A stretch of 64,000 bases of DNA from Alphaproteobacteria bacterium (GTDB lineage: Bacteria; Pseudomonadota; Alphaproteobacteria; Bin95). Where the stretch lies: positions 1,511,947 to 1,575,946 of the forward strand of contig OZ253490.1 of assembly GCA_965261985.1 (NCBI GenBank). The letters are read 5' to 3'. The position numbers and the translations under genes were made by a program. The notes under the pieces were generated by a model. That model ran no database searches and was not told where the DNA came from. It saw nothing but the letters and a program-made list of their open reading frames with translations. Every line of letters starts with the position of its first letter. Position 1 is the stretch's first letter. Positions 20,568 through 29,766 of this stretch are shown in pieces.

Positions 20568-22385
20568 TCAGCCGTCGTGTTTCCGGCGCCAGCCATAGCG
20601 CGCCAACAATTCGACATATACTTCAGGGCCCATTCGTCCCGCCCGCGAAGAACCTCCCGGAAAGACCTTCTCTTCCACCCTTCCGTCGTCGATGTTGAGC
20701 AGATAAGTCCCGGTGCCCGAGAGAATCACCCACGCCATGGCCTTGGTAAGCGGTGCCGGTTCCAATTGGACGACTGCCAAGCTGTCACGAATGATGCACA
20801 CGCTGCCCGCAATGGGCCCGAACTGGGTCACAAGATCGAGAATGAAGCGGTGGGCGTACCATGCTGACGCCGCCGCCGCCGCTCGTTTCTCTCCCTCCAG
20901 CAGGTCGACCGCCATTCGAAGCGACTGCCCACACTCCACGACATGCGTAAGCTCCGCCGGAGTGCACCGCGAGAGACCATCGTAGGGAATTGGCGGTTTG
21001 GGCTGACTCGGATTTAGGCAGAACTCCAACACAAGCCGCGGGTCAATTGGGTTTTCGTCCACAGTGTCGTACCGCAATGTGGGCGGAATAACCAGTCCGG
21101 TCGGCGGAGTCCCGATGGGCGGACCCTCTGCCAATGCCGGGTTCTGTCGAAGCGTCTCCACGCGCCAGTGTTCTGTTTCTTCATCGCGATACGCTTCGTG
21201 GACGAACCGAATCTGCGTCCCAATCTGGTGCAATATGATGACGTCCGGTCGCTGCTCTTCGTCCGAAGGGAATGGTTCCGGCACCTCCTCCGGCGACGTC
21301 ACAACTTCTTCGACAACTTCTTCTCTCGAATCTGCCGAATTCTGCTGTTCCTGATTCCAACTCGAACGTCGACCACGCGTAATTTGCCGCCTGTAGGTGT
21401 ATGTTCTGCCCGTCTCCCGCTCTTGATTTGCCGGTGACTCATCTTTGGAGACTTCCGCCACCGTCTTCTCCAGCTTGCCTTCCGGGTACTTCACTGGAAA
21501 CAGACAGTCCTTGAGCATGCCCGACATTGGAAGGTCGAACACCTCTCCGACCTCTGGGCCGATTGACAGCATCGCGAATCGGTATTCCATCTGTGCCGCG
21601 TAGTCACGCTCCCGCGACTTCAGAAAGATCATTGCAGAGAGTTTCTCCCAGCCCGGTTCGGCCTGCTCGATGCACTGATAGGGGCTGTCCACATAGAGCA
21701 TCGGCCCGTGCACCACGATCTGGGACCGCCGCTGCTCCTCCACGGTTCTGAATCCTCCAAAAGTCGCGCGCGCTGGCTCTGCCTTTCCACGTACGCCGAT
21801 ATGCTCGCACACACCGAGCCCCAAGCCTTGGGCGAATTGGGTCGGGCGATAGACCGACGTGAAACTCGTATAGCTGTCGGGAAACGACCTCCTCCAAGCG
21901 TTCTCCTTATCCTCGGAAGGGCGCATCGACATGCAGTAAATCAGCCAGTCGGCGCCGAACGTCGCCGCCTGCCTGCTGCTCTTCGACTCGGTATGCCGCT
22001 CGCTCCCACTCAACGACATCTTCGTGCGTGAGAGTTGGAGCCCAGCGTTCAAGGCTGAGACCCGTTCCGCTGACAGTTGCGGCTCCTCGCTCGGCACCTC
22101 GACCGTCTCGCTGGACGACATCCGCGCGCGGCCCTCTTGTTCGTCTTGGATCAGCACTTCACCCTTATCCCGGAAGGCTCCAGGGCGCGACAAGCGAATC
22201 GTGGATGCTGTCGCGAGGCCATATTGGGACTCCGTCGCCTTGACAAGACGCATACCGTCCTTCTCTATCTGTCCCGACAGATCCACGTACATCGTCTGAA
22301 CGTAGTTCCCTTGCGGCGTCAGGAACGCCCCCTCTGTGGCTATCCTCATCTTGGGGAACACGAATTCCCTTCGCTCATCTTCCAA
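20568..22385 (-). CDS. 605-aa hypothetical protein (ORFan) of lower GC, no recognisable domain
   Basis: Uninterrupted 1.8-kb ORF in a visibly lower-GC segment. The TTG start is preceded by AAGGAGA at 8-nt spacing. No Walker, HExxH or other motif identified. Confidence 0.55.
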   Translation of the reverse strand: MEDERREFVFPKMRIATEGAFLTPQGNYVQTMYVDLSGQIEKDGMRLVKATESQYGLATASTIRLSRPGAFRDKGEVLIQDEQEGRARMSSSETVEVPSEEPQLSAERVSALNAGLQLSRTKMSLSGSERHTESKSSRQAATFGADWLIYCMSMRPSEDKENAWRRSFPDSYTSFTSVYRPTQFAQGLGLGVCEHIGVRGKAEPARATFGGFRTVEEQRRSQIVVHGPMLYVDSPYQCIEQAEPGWEKLSAMIFLKSRERDYAAQMEYRFAMLSIGPEVGEVFDLPMSGMLKDCLFPVKYPEGKLEKTVAEVSKDESPANQERETGRTYTYRRQITRGRRSSWNQEQQNSADSREEVVEEVVTSPEEVPEPFPSDEEQRPDVIILHQIGTQIRFVHEAYRDEETEHWRVETLRQNPALAEGPPIGTPPTGLVIPPTLRYDTVDENPIDPRLVLEFCLNPSQPKPPIPYDGLSRCTPAELTHVVECGQSLRMAVDLLEGEKRAAAAASAWYAHRFILDLVTQFGPIAGSVCIIRDSLAVVQLEPAPLTKAMAWVILSGTGTYLLNIDDGRVEEKVFPGGSSRAGRMGPEVYVELLARYGWRRKHDG

Positions 22386-22667
22386 TCTCGTTGTCTCCTT
22401 GGCTTCAATAGCGCGTCACGGTGGGCGAGCCGGGCGTCCACACGCGGTGGGTCGCCTGCATGCAACGCTTGCGACGGTCCCGGCACGTTCGACTCGGGTG
22501 CAGCGCGCAGCTCGATATCGGTCCCTGCGACGATACCGGCTCATCCGCATATTGTCGCGCGAACCGAGAGTCAATCAGGCCCTCAGGGCGCTCTTGCCGG
22601 GCGTGTCTTGCCCGTAAGGGGTCAACGTGCCCCGGTCTGACGGAACGGATACGCCCATCGCTGAGGC

Positions 22668-22900
22668 ATGCGGCTGCTTGTAACCAGGTGGTTCGAGAGA
22701 GACCTCCGACGCTGCCGCCGGCGCAGCAAGGACCTCGACAGATTGTGGGCCGAAGTGGACCGGCTGTTGGCCGGCGAGCCGTTGGAGCCGCGCCATCGGG
22801 CGCACCGGCCCGGGAATACGCCCCCGAAACCCGATCCCCGAAATGCCGGCCGTGGATGGAAGTCGCGGGAAAGGCATTTTCCTTGTAGTCCTGCCGCCGT
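22668..22900 (+). pseudogene. decayed YafQ/RelE-family toxin gene remnant
   Basis: WFERDLRRCRRRSKDLDRLWAEVDRLLAGEPLEPRHRAH matches the YafQ consensus (F.RDLKR..KRGKDL.KL..VI..L..GEPLP...RDH). The downstream part is scrambled (GRGWKSRERHF versus GNWKGYRECHI) and runs in frame into the esterase gene. Confidence 0.55.
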
Positions 22901-22949
22901 TCACCATCGCTTCCCTCTCAGGCCGATTGCGCGTTCGGAAGGTCAGCCG

Positions 22950-23933
22950 ATGCCCAGGACACCGAAACGGCGTTCCCTGCAAGCCGTTGCCGCGATTCTT
23001 GCGGTGTTTGTTCTGCCGTCCTGCGCAGAGAGGTTCGATAACTCGCCTGTCGCTGCCGGGGAGGTGCGGACCCTGCTGCACCAGGGGGTCGAGCGGCGGT
23101 ACTACCTGCAGAACACCGAAGCGGGGGCGGCGGCTCCCGCGCCGCTGGTCGTGTCGCTGCACGGTTTCCGCAGCAGGGAGCCGGCCCTGGCGGAGCGCGA
23201 AGACCTGTCGGGGATTGCCTGGGAAGCACTCGACCGGGTAGCGGGCCGGGAGGGGTTCGTTACCGCCTATCCGCATGCCTGGCTCGGGCGATGGAACATG
23301 TTCGACGGATTGAAGGACACCCGGCTGGAGGACAGGCGGGAGGCGGACGATGCCGGGTTCGTCTTCGCCCTGGTCTCACATCTTGTCGCAGAGGGCCTGG
23401 CAGACCCGCACCGGGTCTATCTGACGGGGTTCTCCGATGGCGCCATCATGTCCTACAGGCTGCTCTGCACCGCCGGGATGCCGTTTGCGGCCGCCGCGCC
23501 CGGAGCCGGGTCGATGTTCGAGGGACACCGGGACACATGCGCCGCCGTGGCGCCGGTGCCGATCATGGTCATCGCGGGCACATTCGACGCGGTCCTGCCT
23601 TATGACGGGTGGATCTTCCCGACGGGACGCGAGCTGTCGATCCCGGAGACGATGGAGCATTTCCGCCTGCTCAACGGTTGGACCGGCCAGGAAGGCGCGC
23701 TTCGCGACTACCGGGACGGCCGGGACGACAGCCGCGTGCTCGAAATGCGCTGGACGGGCTGCACGGTCGAGGGTGCCGTCAAGCTCCTGAAGGTCAAGGG
23801 CGGCGGTCACAACTGGCCGAGCTACGAGCCTCTGCCCGACGAATGGCGCAAATGGGCCGGCGTGCAAAACCGCGACATCGAGAGCGCCGAGGAAATCTGG
23901 AATTTCCTGCGCCGGTTCCGCAAGACCGGGTAA
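22950..23933 (+). CDS. secreted/lipoprotein alpha/beta-hydrolase, PHB-depolymerase/LpqC-like esterase
   Basis: Signal peptide with lipobox-like LPSC. LVVSLHGF, GFSDGAIMSY (GxSxG) and a C-terminal GGGHNWP pattern typical of the PHB depolymerase esterase family. 327 aa. Confidence 0.65.
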   Translation: MPRTPKRRSLQAVAAILAVFVLPSCAERFDNSPVAAGEVRTLLHQGVERRYYLQNTEAGAAAPAPLVVSLHGFRSREPALAEREDLSGIAWEALDRVAGREGFVTAYPHAWLGRWNMFDGLKDTRLEDRREADDAGFVFALVSHLVAEGLADPHRVYLTGFSDGAIMSYRLLCTAGMPFAAAAPGAGSMFEGHRDTCAAVAPVPIMVIAGTFDAVLPYDGWIFPTGRELSIPETMEHFRLLNGWTGQEGALRDYRDGRDDSRVLEMRWTGCTVEGAVKLLKVKGGGHNWPSYEPLPDEWRKWAGVQNRDIESAEEIWNFLRRFRKTG

Positions 23934-24001
23934 CCCGGCGTGCCCCTTTCCGACGGGGCGGCGGGGGGCTATACCGGAAGTCTCGGCAGCGGCGGGGCGG
24001 C

Positions 24002-24433
24002 ATGGCGGGCCTGGAGACCATCCTTCTCGGAATCGCGGTGGCGGCGAGCGCGCTCGTGTTCGGCGGCATGGTGACCTTCACCGGCTTCTTCGCGCCGATG
24101 GTGTTCCGCAGCCTCGACAAGCCGGTCGCCGACGCCTTCATGCGCGACGCCTTCGGCCCCTATTACGTCCTCATGGCCGTGGGCTCCGGCATCGCGGCGG
24201 TCTCGGCGCTCGCGGTGCAGCCGTGGGACGCCGCGATCATGGCAATGGTGATGGCCGCCTTCCTTGCCTCGCGCTATGTGACCATGCCGCAGACCCAGCG
24301 CCTGTTCGATGCGCGCGAACGCGGCGAATACGGCGCGGCGGAGGAGTTCGCGCGCGCCCACAAGCGCGGGGCCTTCGTCAACATGATCCAGCTCGTCGCC
24401 GTGTTCGCGGCGCTGTTGCGGCTGGCGCTCTGA
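24002..24433 (+). CDS. DUF4149-like membrane protein
   Basis: 143 aa with four predicted TM helices. Start ATG at 24002 within a longer ORF. Confidence 0.5.
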   Translation: MAGLETILLGIAVAASALVFGGMVTFTGFFAPMVFRSLDKPVADAFMRDAFGPYYVLMAVGSGIAAVSALAVQPWDAAIMAMVMAAFLASRYVTMPQTQRLFDARERGEYGAAEEFARAHKRGAFVNMIQLVAVFAALLRLAL

Positions 24434-24451
24434 GGCGCCGCCGCCGCTCCC

Positions 24452-25042
24452 ATGCGCAGGGGCCTGCAAATCGGGCTGCTCGTCTCCGGCACCCTCGTCT
24501 CAGCGCTCGCCGGCTACTGGCTCTGGTGGGCGCTGGAGGGCCGGCCGGAAGAGGGCCGGCCGGCGGTCGGCGGGTCGTTCGAGCTGATCGACGGCGACGG
24601 GCGCAAGGTGACGGAACGGGACTTCGAGGGCCGGCACATGCTGGTCTATTTCGCCTACACCTTTTGTCCCGATGTGTGCCCGACCACGCTCTTCAATGCG
24701 AGCGGGGCGCTGGACGCGATCGGCCCGGAGCTGGCGTCGAAGGTCCGGCTGGTCTTCATCTCCATCGACCCCGAGCGCGACACGCCGGAAATCGTCAAGG
24801 AGTATGCCGGCCATTTCCATCCCGGCACGGTGGGCTTGACCGGCACGCTGGAACAGACCGCCGCCGCCGCCCGCGCCTGGCGCATCTACTTCCGCAAGGC
24901 CGCCCCGGAGGATGACGGCGGCTACCTGGTGGACCACTCCTCGATCCTGTTCCTGATGGACGGGGACGGGCGCTATGTCACCCATTTCGGCCATACGGCG
25001 ACCGCAGCCGACATGGCGGCGGCCTTGAAACGCCTGCTGTGA
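24452..25042 (+). CDS. SCO1/SenC-family copper chaperone
   Basis: Thioredoxin-like protein with the CPDVCP motif and a conserved downstream His. 196 aa. Confidence 0.85.
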   Translation: MRRGLQIGLLVSGTLVSALAGYWLWWALEGRPEEGRPAVGGSFELIDGDGRKVTERDFEGRHMLVYFAYTFCPDVCPTTLFNASGALDAIGPELASKVRLVFISIDPERDTPEIVKEYAGHFHPGTVGLTGTLEQTAAAARAWRIYFRKAAPEDDGGYLVDHSSILFLMDGDGRYVTHFGHTATAADMAAALKRLL

Positions 25043-26289
25043 AGGGGGTCGTGCTCGCCGCCCCGGCTTCGGGGAGCGGCAAGACGACAATTGCCGCGGG
25101 CCTCGTCCGGGCGCTCGTCCGGCAGGGGCTCGCCGTGCAGCCCTTCAAGGCGGGGCCGGACTATATCGACGGGGGCTTCCTCGCCGCCGCCGCGGGACGG
25201 CCCTGCCGCAATCTCGACCCCTGGGCCATGCGCCCCGAAACCCTCGCGGCGGCGCTCGATGCGGGTGCGGACATTGCGGTCGTCGAGGGCGCGATGGGGC
25301 TGTTCGACGGCGCGGAGGGCGGCGGCGGCTCCACCGCGGACCTCGCGGCGCTCACCGGCTGGCCGGTCGTGCTCGCGGTGGACTGCGCGCGCCAGGGCCA
25401 GTCGGTCGCCGCGCTGCTGGAGGGGTTTGCGCGCCACCGCAGCGATATCCGCATCGCCGGGGCGGTGCTGAACCGGGTCGCGAGCGACCGCCATGAGGCG
25501 CTGTTGCGCGAGCGGGCGGGCGCGGTGCCGGTGCTCGCCGCGCTCCGGCGCGACCGCGAACTCGCCCTGCCGTCGCGCCATCTGGGGCTGGTGCAGGCCG
25601 GCGAGCATCCCGCGCTCGAAGCCTGGCTGGACCGCGCGGCGGACATGGTGCCGGCGGCGGCGTTTCCCTTCGGCCCGTTGCGGATGGCGGAGGTGTCGAA
25701 AACGGGCGGGGCGCCCCTGCCGCCCCTTGGCGGGCGCATCGCGGTCGCCCGCGACGAAGCCTTCGCGTTTGCCTATGAGCATGTGCTGGCCGGCTGGCGG
25801 CGCGCCGGGGCCGAGATCGCATTCTTCTCGCCGCTCGCCGACGAGGCGCCGGACGGCGACGCGGTCTTCCTTCCGGGCGGCTATCCCGAGCTCCATGCCG
25901 GGCGCATCGCGGCGGCCGGCAACTTCCTGGGCGCGCTCCGCCGCCATCAGGGGCCGGTTTACGGCGAATGCGGCGGTTACATGGTGCTGGGCGAGGGGCT
26001 GGCGGACGCCGAGGGCCGGCGCCACGCCATGGCGGGCCTGCTGGCGCTGGAGACGAGCTTCGCCGAGCCCGCCCGCCGGCTGGGCTACCGCTGCCTGGAC
26101 GCGCGCGCAGGCTTCCCGCTCGGCCGCGCGTTCCGAGGCCACGAGTTCCACTATGCGCGCGTGCTGAGCGAAGGACCGGGCGAGCCGCTGTTCGAGGCGG
26201 CGGACGCGCATGGCCGCCCGCTCGGCCCGGCCGGCCTCGTGCGCGGCAATGTCGCCGGCTCCTTCATGCACCTGATCGACGCCGCCTGA
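25039..26289 (+). CDS. cobB: cobyrinate a,c-diamide synthase
   Basis: N-terminal AAPASGSGKTT P-loop and a C-terminal glutamine amidotransferase domain (GECGGYM). The GTG start overlaps the sco stop. 416 aa. Confidence 0.85.
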   Translation: MKGVVLAAPASGSGKTTIAAGLVRALVRQGLAVQPFKAGPDYIDGGFLAAAAGRPCRNLDPWAMRPETLAAALDAGADIAVVEGAMGLFDGAEGGGGSTADLAALTGWPVVLAVDCARQGQSVAALLEGFARHRSDIRIAGAVLNRVASDRHEALLRERAGAVPVLAALRRDRELALPSRHLGLVQAGEHPALEAWLDRAADMVPAAAFPFGPLRMAEVSKTGGAPLPPLGGRIAVARDEAFAFAYEHVLAGWRRAGAEIAFFSPLADEAPDGDAVFLPGGYPELHAGRIAAAGNFLGALRRHQGPVYGECGGYMVLGEGLADAEGRRHAMAGLLALETSFAEPARRLGYRCLDARAGFPLGRAFRGHEFHYARVLSEGPGEPLFEAADAHGRPLGPAGLVRGNVAGSFMHLIDAA

Positions 26290-26345
26290 CGGGGGCGGCG
26301 GACCGCCGAATTGCCTTGCCATGTGCGCGCCGCGAGAATGCGCCT

Positions 26346-26567
26346 ATGACCGTTGCCGATTTCGCGCCCTGGATTACGCCGGCCGTCCTTCTGGTCGTGT
26401 TCGTCTGGCTGCGATCCGGTATCCGGGAAATTCGCGACCGTCTGGACCGGTTCGACGACCGGCTTCGCGGGGTCGAGCAGGATTTGGCGGAGATGAAGGG
26501 CAAGCTCACCTTCATCGAAAACTATATCCTGAGACGCAACGACGCCGCGCCCGAACCGGCGGAATAA
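26346..26567 (+). CDS. small membrane-anchored coiled-coil protein (73 aa)
   Basis: N-terminal TM segment (WITPAVLLVVFVWL) followed by a heptad-like charged region. Confidence 0.4.
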   Translation: MTVADFAPWITPAVLLVVFVWLRSGIREIRDRLDRFDDRLRGVEQDLAEMKGKLTFIENYILRRNDAAPEPAE

Positions 26568-26607
26568 TCGCGCGTCAAAATCGGCTGCCGCAACGGCGGC
26601 GGGAACG

Positions 26608-27789
26608 TCAACCCCTTTCCGGCATCCGCGCGGCCGGGGCGCCCTGGCTCAGCAGGCCGCGGTAAATTTCGTCGTCGCCGATGACGCCGACCAGCCGGCC
26701 CTCTTCGACCATCAGCACCGGGCGGCCGGTGCGATGGCGGATTTCTATCGCGCGGCGCATCCTGAGGTCGGTGGGCGCCGCACAAATATCGCTGCCGGTG
26801 AGCGCCGCAAGGTCCATGTCGGGCGTGTAATGCCGGAGCGAGGCGGGGCGGGGCTCGACCGTCGCCTCCACGGGCTCCCCCTTGCCGCCCAGTGCGAGCC
26901 GGTTCCGCCCGGACCAGTCGAGCAGCAGGGTCTCGCCCTCGCGCCTAATGTTGGCGACCGGCGTCATCAGCGAGCGGCAGCGCAGCACGTTGAGCGCGTC
27001 CATATGCGCGATGAACTCCGCCACATAGGCGTTGGCGGGGTTCAGCACGATCTCCTCCGGCTCGCCGAACTGGACGATGCGGCCCGCCTCCATGATCGCG
27101 ATATGGCGCCCGAGCTTCAGCGCCTCGTTGAGGTCGTGGCTGACGAACAGGATCGTCTTGCCGAGCCGGCGCTGCAGGTCCAGCAACTCGTCCTGCAGAT
27201 ACTCCCGGATCAGCGGGTCGAGGGCGGAGAAGGGCTCGTCCATCAGCAGGATGTCGGAATCGGTCGCAAGCGCGCGGGCGAGGCCGACCCGCTGCTGCAT
27301 CCCGCCGGAAAGCTCATGCACGAAACGGTCCCGCCAGCGGTCGAGATCGACCAGCTTCAGCTTCTCCTCGACGATGGCGTCGCGCTCGGCCCGGCCGAGG
27401 CCGCGCAGCTCCAGCCCGAAGCTCACATTCTCATGCACGGTGCGCCAGGGCAGCAGCGCGAATTGCTGGAACACCATGGCGATGCGCTCCATGCGCATCC
27501 GCCGGAGCGTGGCGGCATCGCAGCCGGCCATGTCGAGCATCGCCTCCCCGTCGCGCACCAGCACCTCGCCGCGCGTCACGGGGCAGAGGCCGTTGACGGC
27601 GCGGAGCAGGGTCGATTTGCCGGAGCCGGAAAGGCCCATGAGCACGCAGATCTCGCCCGGCCGAACGGCGAGCGACGCGCCGGCGACGCCCACGACAGAG
27701 CCCGTCTCGTCCTGGATTTCCTGCCGGTCAGCGCCCCGGTCGAGCATGTCCAGCGCGGCCCCGGTATCGCCGCTGAACAGGATGTCCAC
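26608..27789 (-). CDS. proV: glycine betaine/choline ABC transporter ATP-binding protein with tandem CBS domains
   Basis: Colinear with E. coli ProV (GLSGSGKST, LSGGMQQRVGLARAL, C-terminal CBS region). The true start is probably a few codons upstream at a non-canonical codon immediately after the in-frame proW stop. Confidence 0.85.
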   Translation of the reverse strand: MDILFSGDTGAALDMLDRGADRQEIQDETGSVVGVAGASLAVRPGEICVLMGLSGSGKSTLLRAVNGLCPVTRGEVLVRDGEAMLDMAGCDAATLRRMRMERIAMVFQQFALLPWRTVHENVSFGLELRGLGRAERDAIVEEKLKLVDLDRWRDRFVHELSGGMQQRVGLARALATDSDILLMDEPFSALDPLIREYLQDELLDLQRRLGKTILFVSHDLNEALKLGRHIAIMEAGRIVQFGEPEEIVLNPANAYVAEFIAHMDALNVLRCRSLMTPVANIRREGETLLLDWSGRNRLALGGKGEPVEATVEPRPASLRHYTPDMDLAALTGSDICAAPTDLRMRRAIEIRHRTGRPVLMVEEGRLVGVIGDDEIYRGLLSQGAPAARMPERG

Positions 27790-27816
27790 ATTCTTCAGGT
27801 CGATGGCGTGAATGGC

Positions 27817-28665
27817 TCAGCCCCGTTCCTTGCCGCCGCCTCTCTGCTTGCAGATGCGGTCCAGCAGGATGGCGACGATGACGATGGCGAGCCCGGCCTC
27901 GAACCCCTTGGCGATGTTGACGGTATTGAGCGCGCGCAGCACGGGAACGCCGAGCCCCGGCGCGCCCACCATCGCCGCGATGACGACCATGGAGAGGCTG
28001 AGCATGATGCACTGGGTCACACCCGCCATGATGGTCGGCATGGCGTGCGGCAGCTCCACTTTCCACAGCAGTTGGCGCCGCGTCGCGCCGAAGGCCTCCC
28101 CGGCCTCGACCAGCGGCCGGGGCACGCTGGAAATGCCGAGATGGGTGAGCCGGACCGGTGCCGGGATGGCGAAGATTACGGTCGAGATCAGGCCCGGCAC
28201 CACGCCGAGACCGAACATGATCATGGTCGGGATCAGATAGACGAAGGTCGGGATCGTCTGCATCAGGTCGAGCGCCGGCCGGATGGCGTTGTAGAGCCAG
28301 GGCCGGTGCGCCGCCGCGATGCCGACCGGCACGCCGACGGCGATGCAGATCGCGGTCGAGAACAGGATCAGGGTCAGCGTCTGGACCGTCGTCTCCCAGT
28401 AGCCGAGATTGATGACCAGAAGCAGCGTCAGCACGACCGCGGCGACCAGCTTCCAGGACCGGTGCAGCCAGAAGGCGAGGCCGGCGATCACCAGCACCAG
28501 GACGAGCGCCGGCACGGCCAGCGCCAGGCCGGCTACGCCCTCGATCAGGAATTTCAGGACCTCGGACAGGTAGTCGAAGAACCAGGCCCCGTGGTCGAGC
28601 AGCAGGTCCACGAAGGACGCGATCCACTTGCCGAGCGGAATCTTATGGTCCGTCAGCCAGTCCAA
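27817..28665 (-). CDS. proW: glycine betaine/choline ABC transporter permease
   Basis: 282-aa multi-TM permease with ProW/OpuAB family similarity. Confidence 0.85.
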   Translation of the reverse strand: MDWLTDHKIPLGKWIASFVDLLLDHGAWFFDYLSEVLKFLIEGVAGLALAVPALVLVLVIAGLAFWLHRSWKLVAAVVLTLLLVINLGYWETTVQTLTLILFSTAICIAVGVPVGIAAAHRPWLYNAIRPALDLMQTIPTFVYLIPTMIMFGLGVVPGLISTVIFAIPAPVRLTHLGISSVPRPLVEAGEAFGATRRQLLWKVELPHAMPTIMAGVTQCIMLSLSMVVIAAMVGAPGLGVPVLRALNTVNIAKGFEAGLAIVIVAILLDRICKQRGGGKERG

Positions 28666-28709
28666 GATCTACCCCGCGGCGTTCCCGGCCACCCGGGCCG
28701 GCGTCGCGG

Positions 28710-29657
28710 CTACAGCCCCAGATGCGCCTTGACGGCCGCCATGCCGTCGCCGCCGTCCATGGTCGTCACGCCGTCGAGCCAGCCGGCCAGCACGTCCGGA
28801 TTGCTCTTGAGCCACGCCGTCGCCGCCATGTCGGGCTCCTCTTTTTCGTCGAGGATCGCCGTCATGATCTCGTTTTCCATGGCCAGCGTGAACTTGAGGT
28901 TGGCCAGCAGCTTGCCGACATTGGGACATTCCGCGGCATAGCCGCGCCGGACATTGGTGAACACCTCGGCGCCGCCGAAATTCGGGCCGAACCAGTCATC
29001 GCCATCGGCGAGGTAGGTCAACGCGAAATTGGCGTTCATCGGGTGCGGCTCCCAGCCGAGGAAGACGATCCACTCCTCCTTGCGGTTGGCGCGCGCAACC
29101 TGGGCCAGCATGCCCTGCTCGCTCGACTCGACGACCTCGAAGCCCTTCAGGCCGAAGGCGTCCTTGTCGATCATGCTCTGGATCAGGCGGTTGCCGTCGT
29201 TTCCGGGCTCGATGCCGTAGATCTTGCCTTCCAGCATGTCGCGGTGTTTGGCGATGTCGCCGAAGCTCCCGATGCCGCCGTCGGCCGCCAGCTTGTTGAC
29301 GGCGAGCGTGTATTTGGCGCCGGTCAGGTTCATGCCCACGGTCTCGACCGACCCGTCGTCGCGATAGGGCGCGATGTCGGCTTCCATCGTCGGCATCCAA
29401 TTGCCGAGGAACACATCGATATCGCCGTTCTTGAGGCTGGTATAGGTGACAGGAACCGACAGCACCGTCGCGGTCGGCTCGTAGCCGAGGCCTTGGAGGA
29501 CGACCGAGGTGGCGGCGGTGGTCGAGGTAATGTCGGTCCATCCGACGTCCGAGAAGCGGACCGCCTTGCAGGAATCCGCATCGGCCGCCCAGCCGGCGGA
29601 AGACATCGTCAAGGCGGAAACGATCCCGATTGCCGCCAGTCGCACGCGCTTCGTCAT
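28710..29657 (-). CDS. proX: glycine betaine/choline ABC transporter substrate-binding protein (ChoX-like)
   Basis: Signal peptide and ProX/ChoX family fold motifs. Start ATG at 29657 with a GGGAGGA ribosome-binding site. Confidence 0.8.
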   Translation of the reverse strand: MTKRVRLAAIGIVSALTMSSAGWAADADSCKAVRFSDVGWTDITSTTAATSVVLQGLGYEPTATVLSVPVTYTSLKNGDIDVFLGNWMPTMEADIAPYRDDGSVETVGMNLTGAKYTLAVNKLAADGGIGSFGDIAKHRDMLEGKIYGIEPGNDGNRLIQSMIDKDAFGLKGFEVVESSEQGMLAQVARANRKEEWIVFLGWEPHPMNANFALTYLADGDDWFGPNFGGAEVFTNVRRGYAAECPNVGKLLANLKFTLAMENEIMTAILDEKEEPDMAATAWLKSNPDVLAGWLDGVTTMDGGDGMAAVKAHLGL

Positions 29658-29766
29658 CGCCTTGTCCTCCCGTTCCGTTGGCCGCCCGCATCCCGCTGTC
29701 TGCAAAGCGGGCTATGGTACGGCTACCATGACCGCGCCGCAAGGAAAGAAGCGGTGGGATGCAGCA

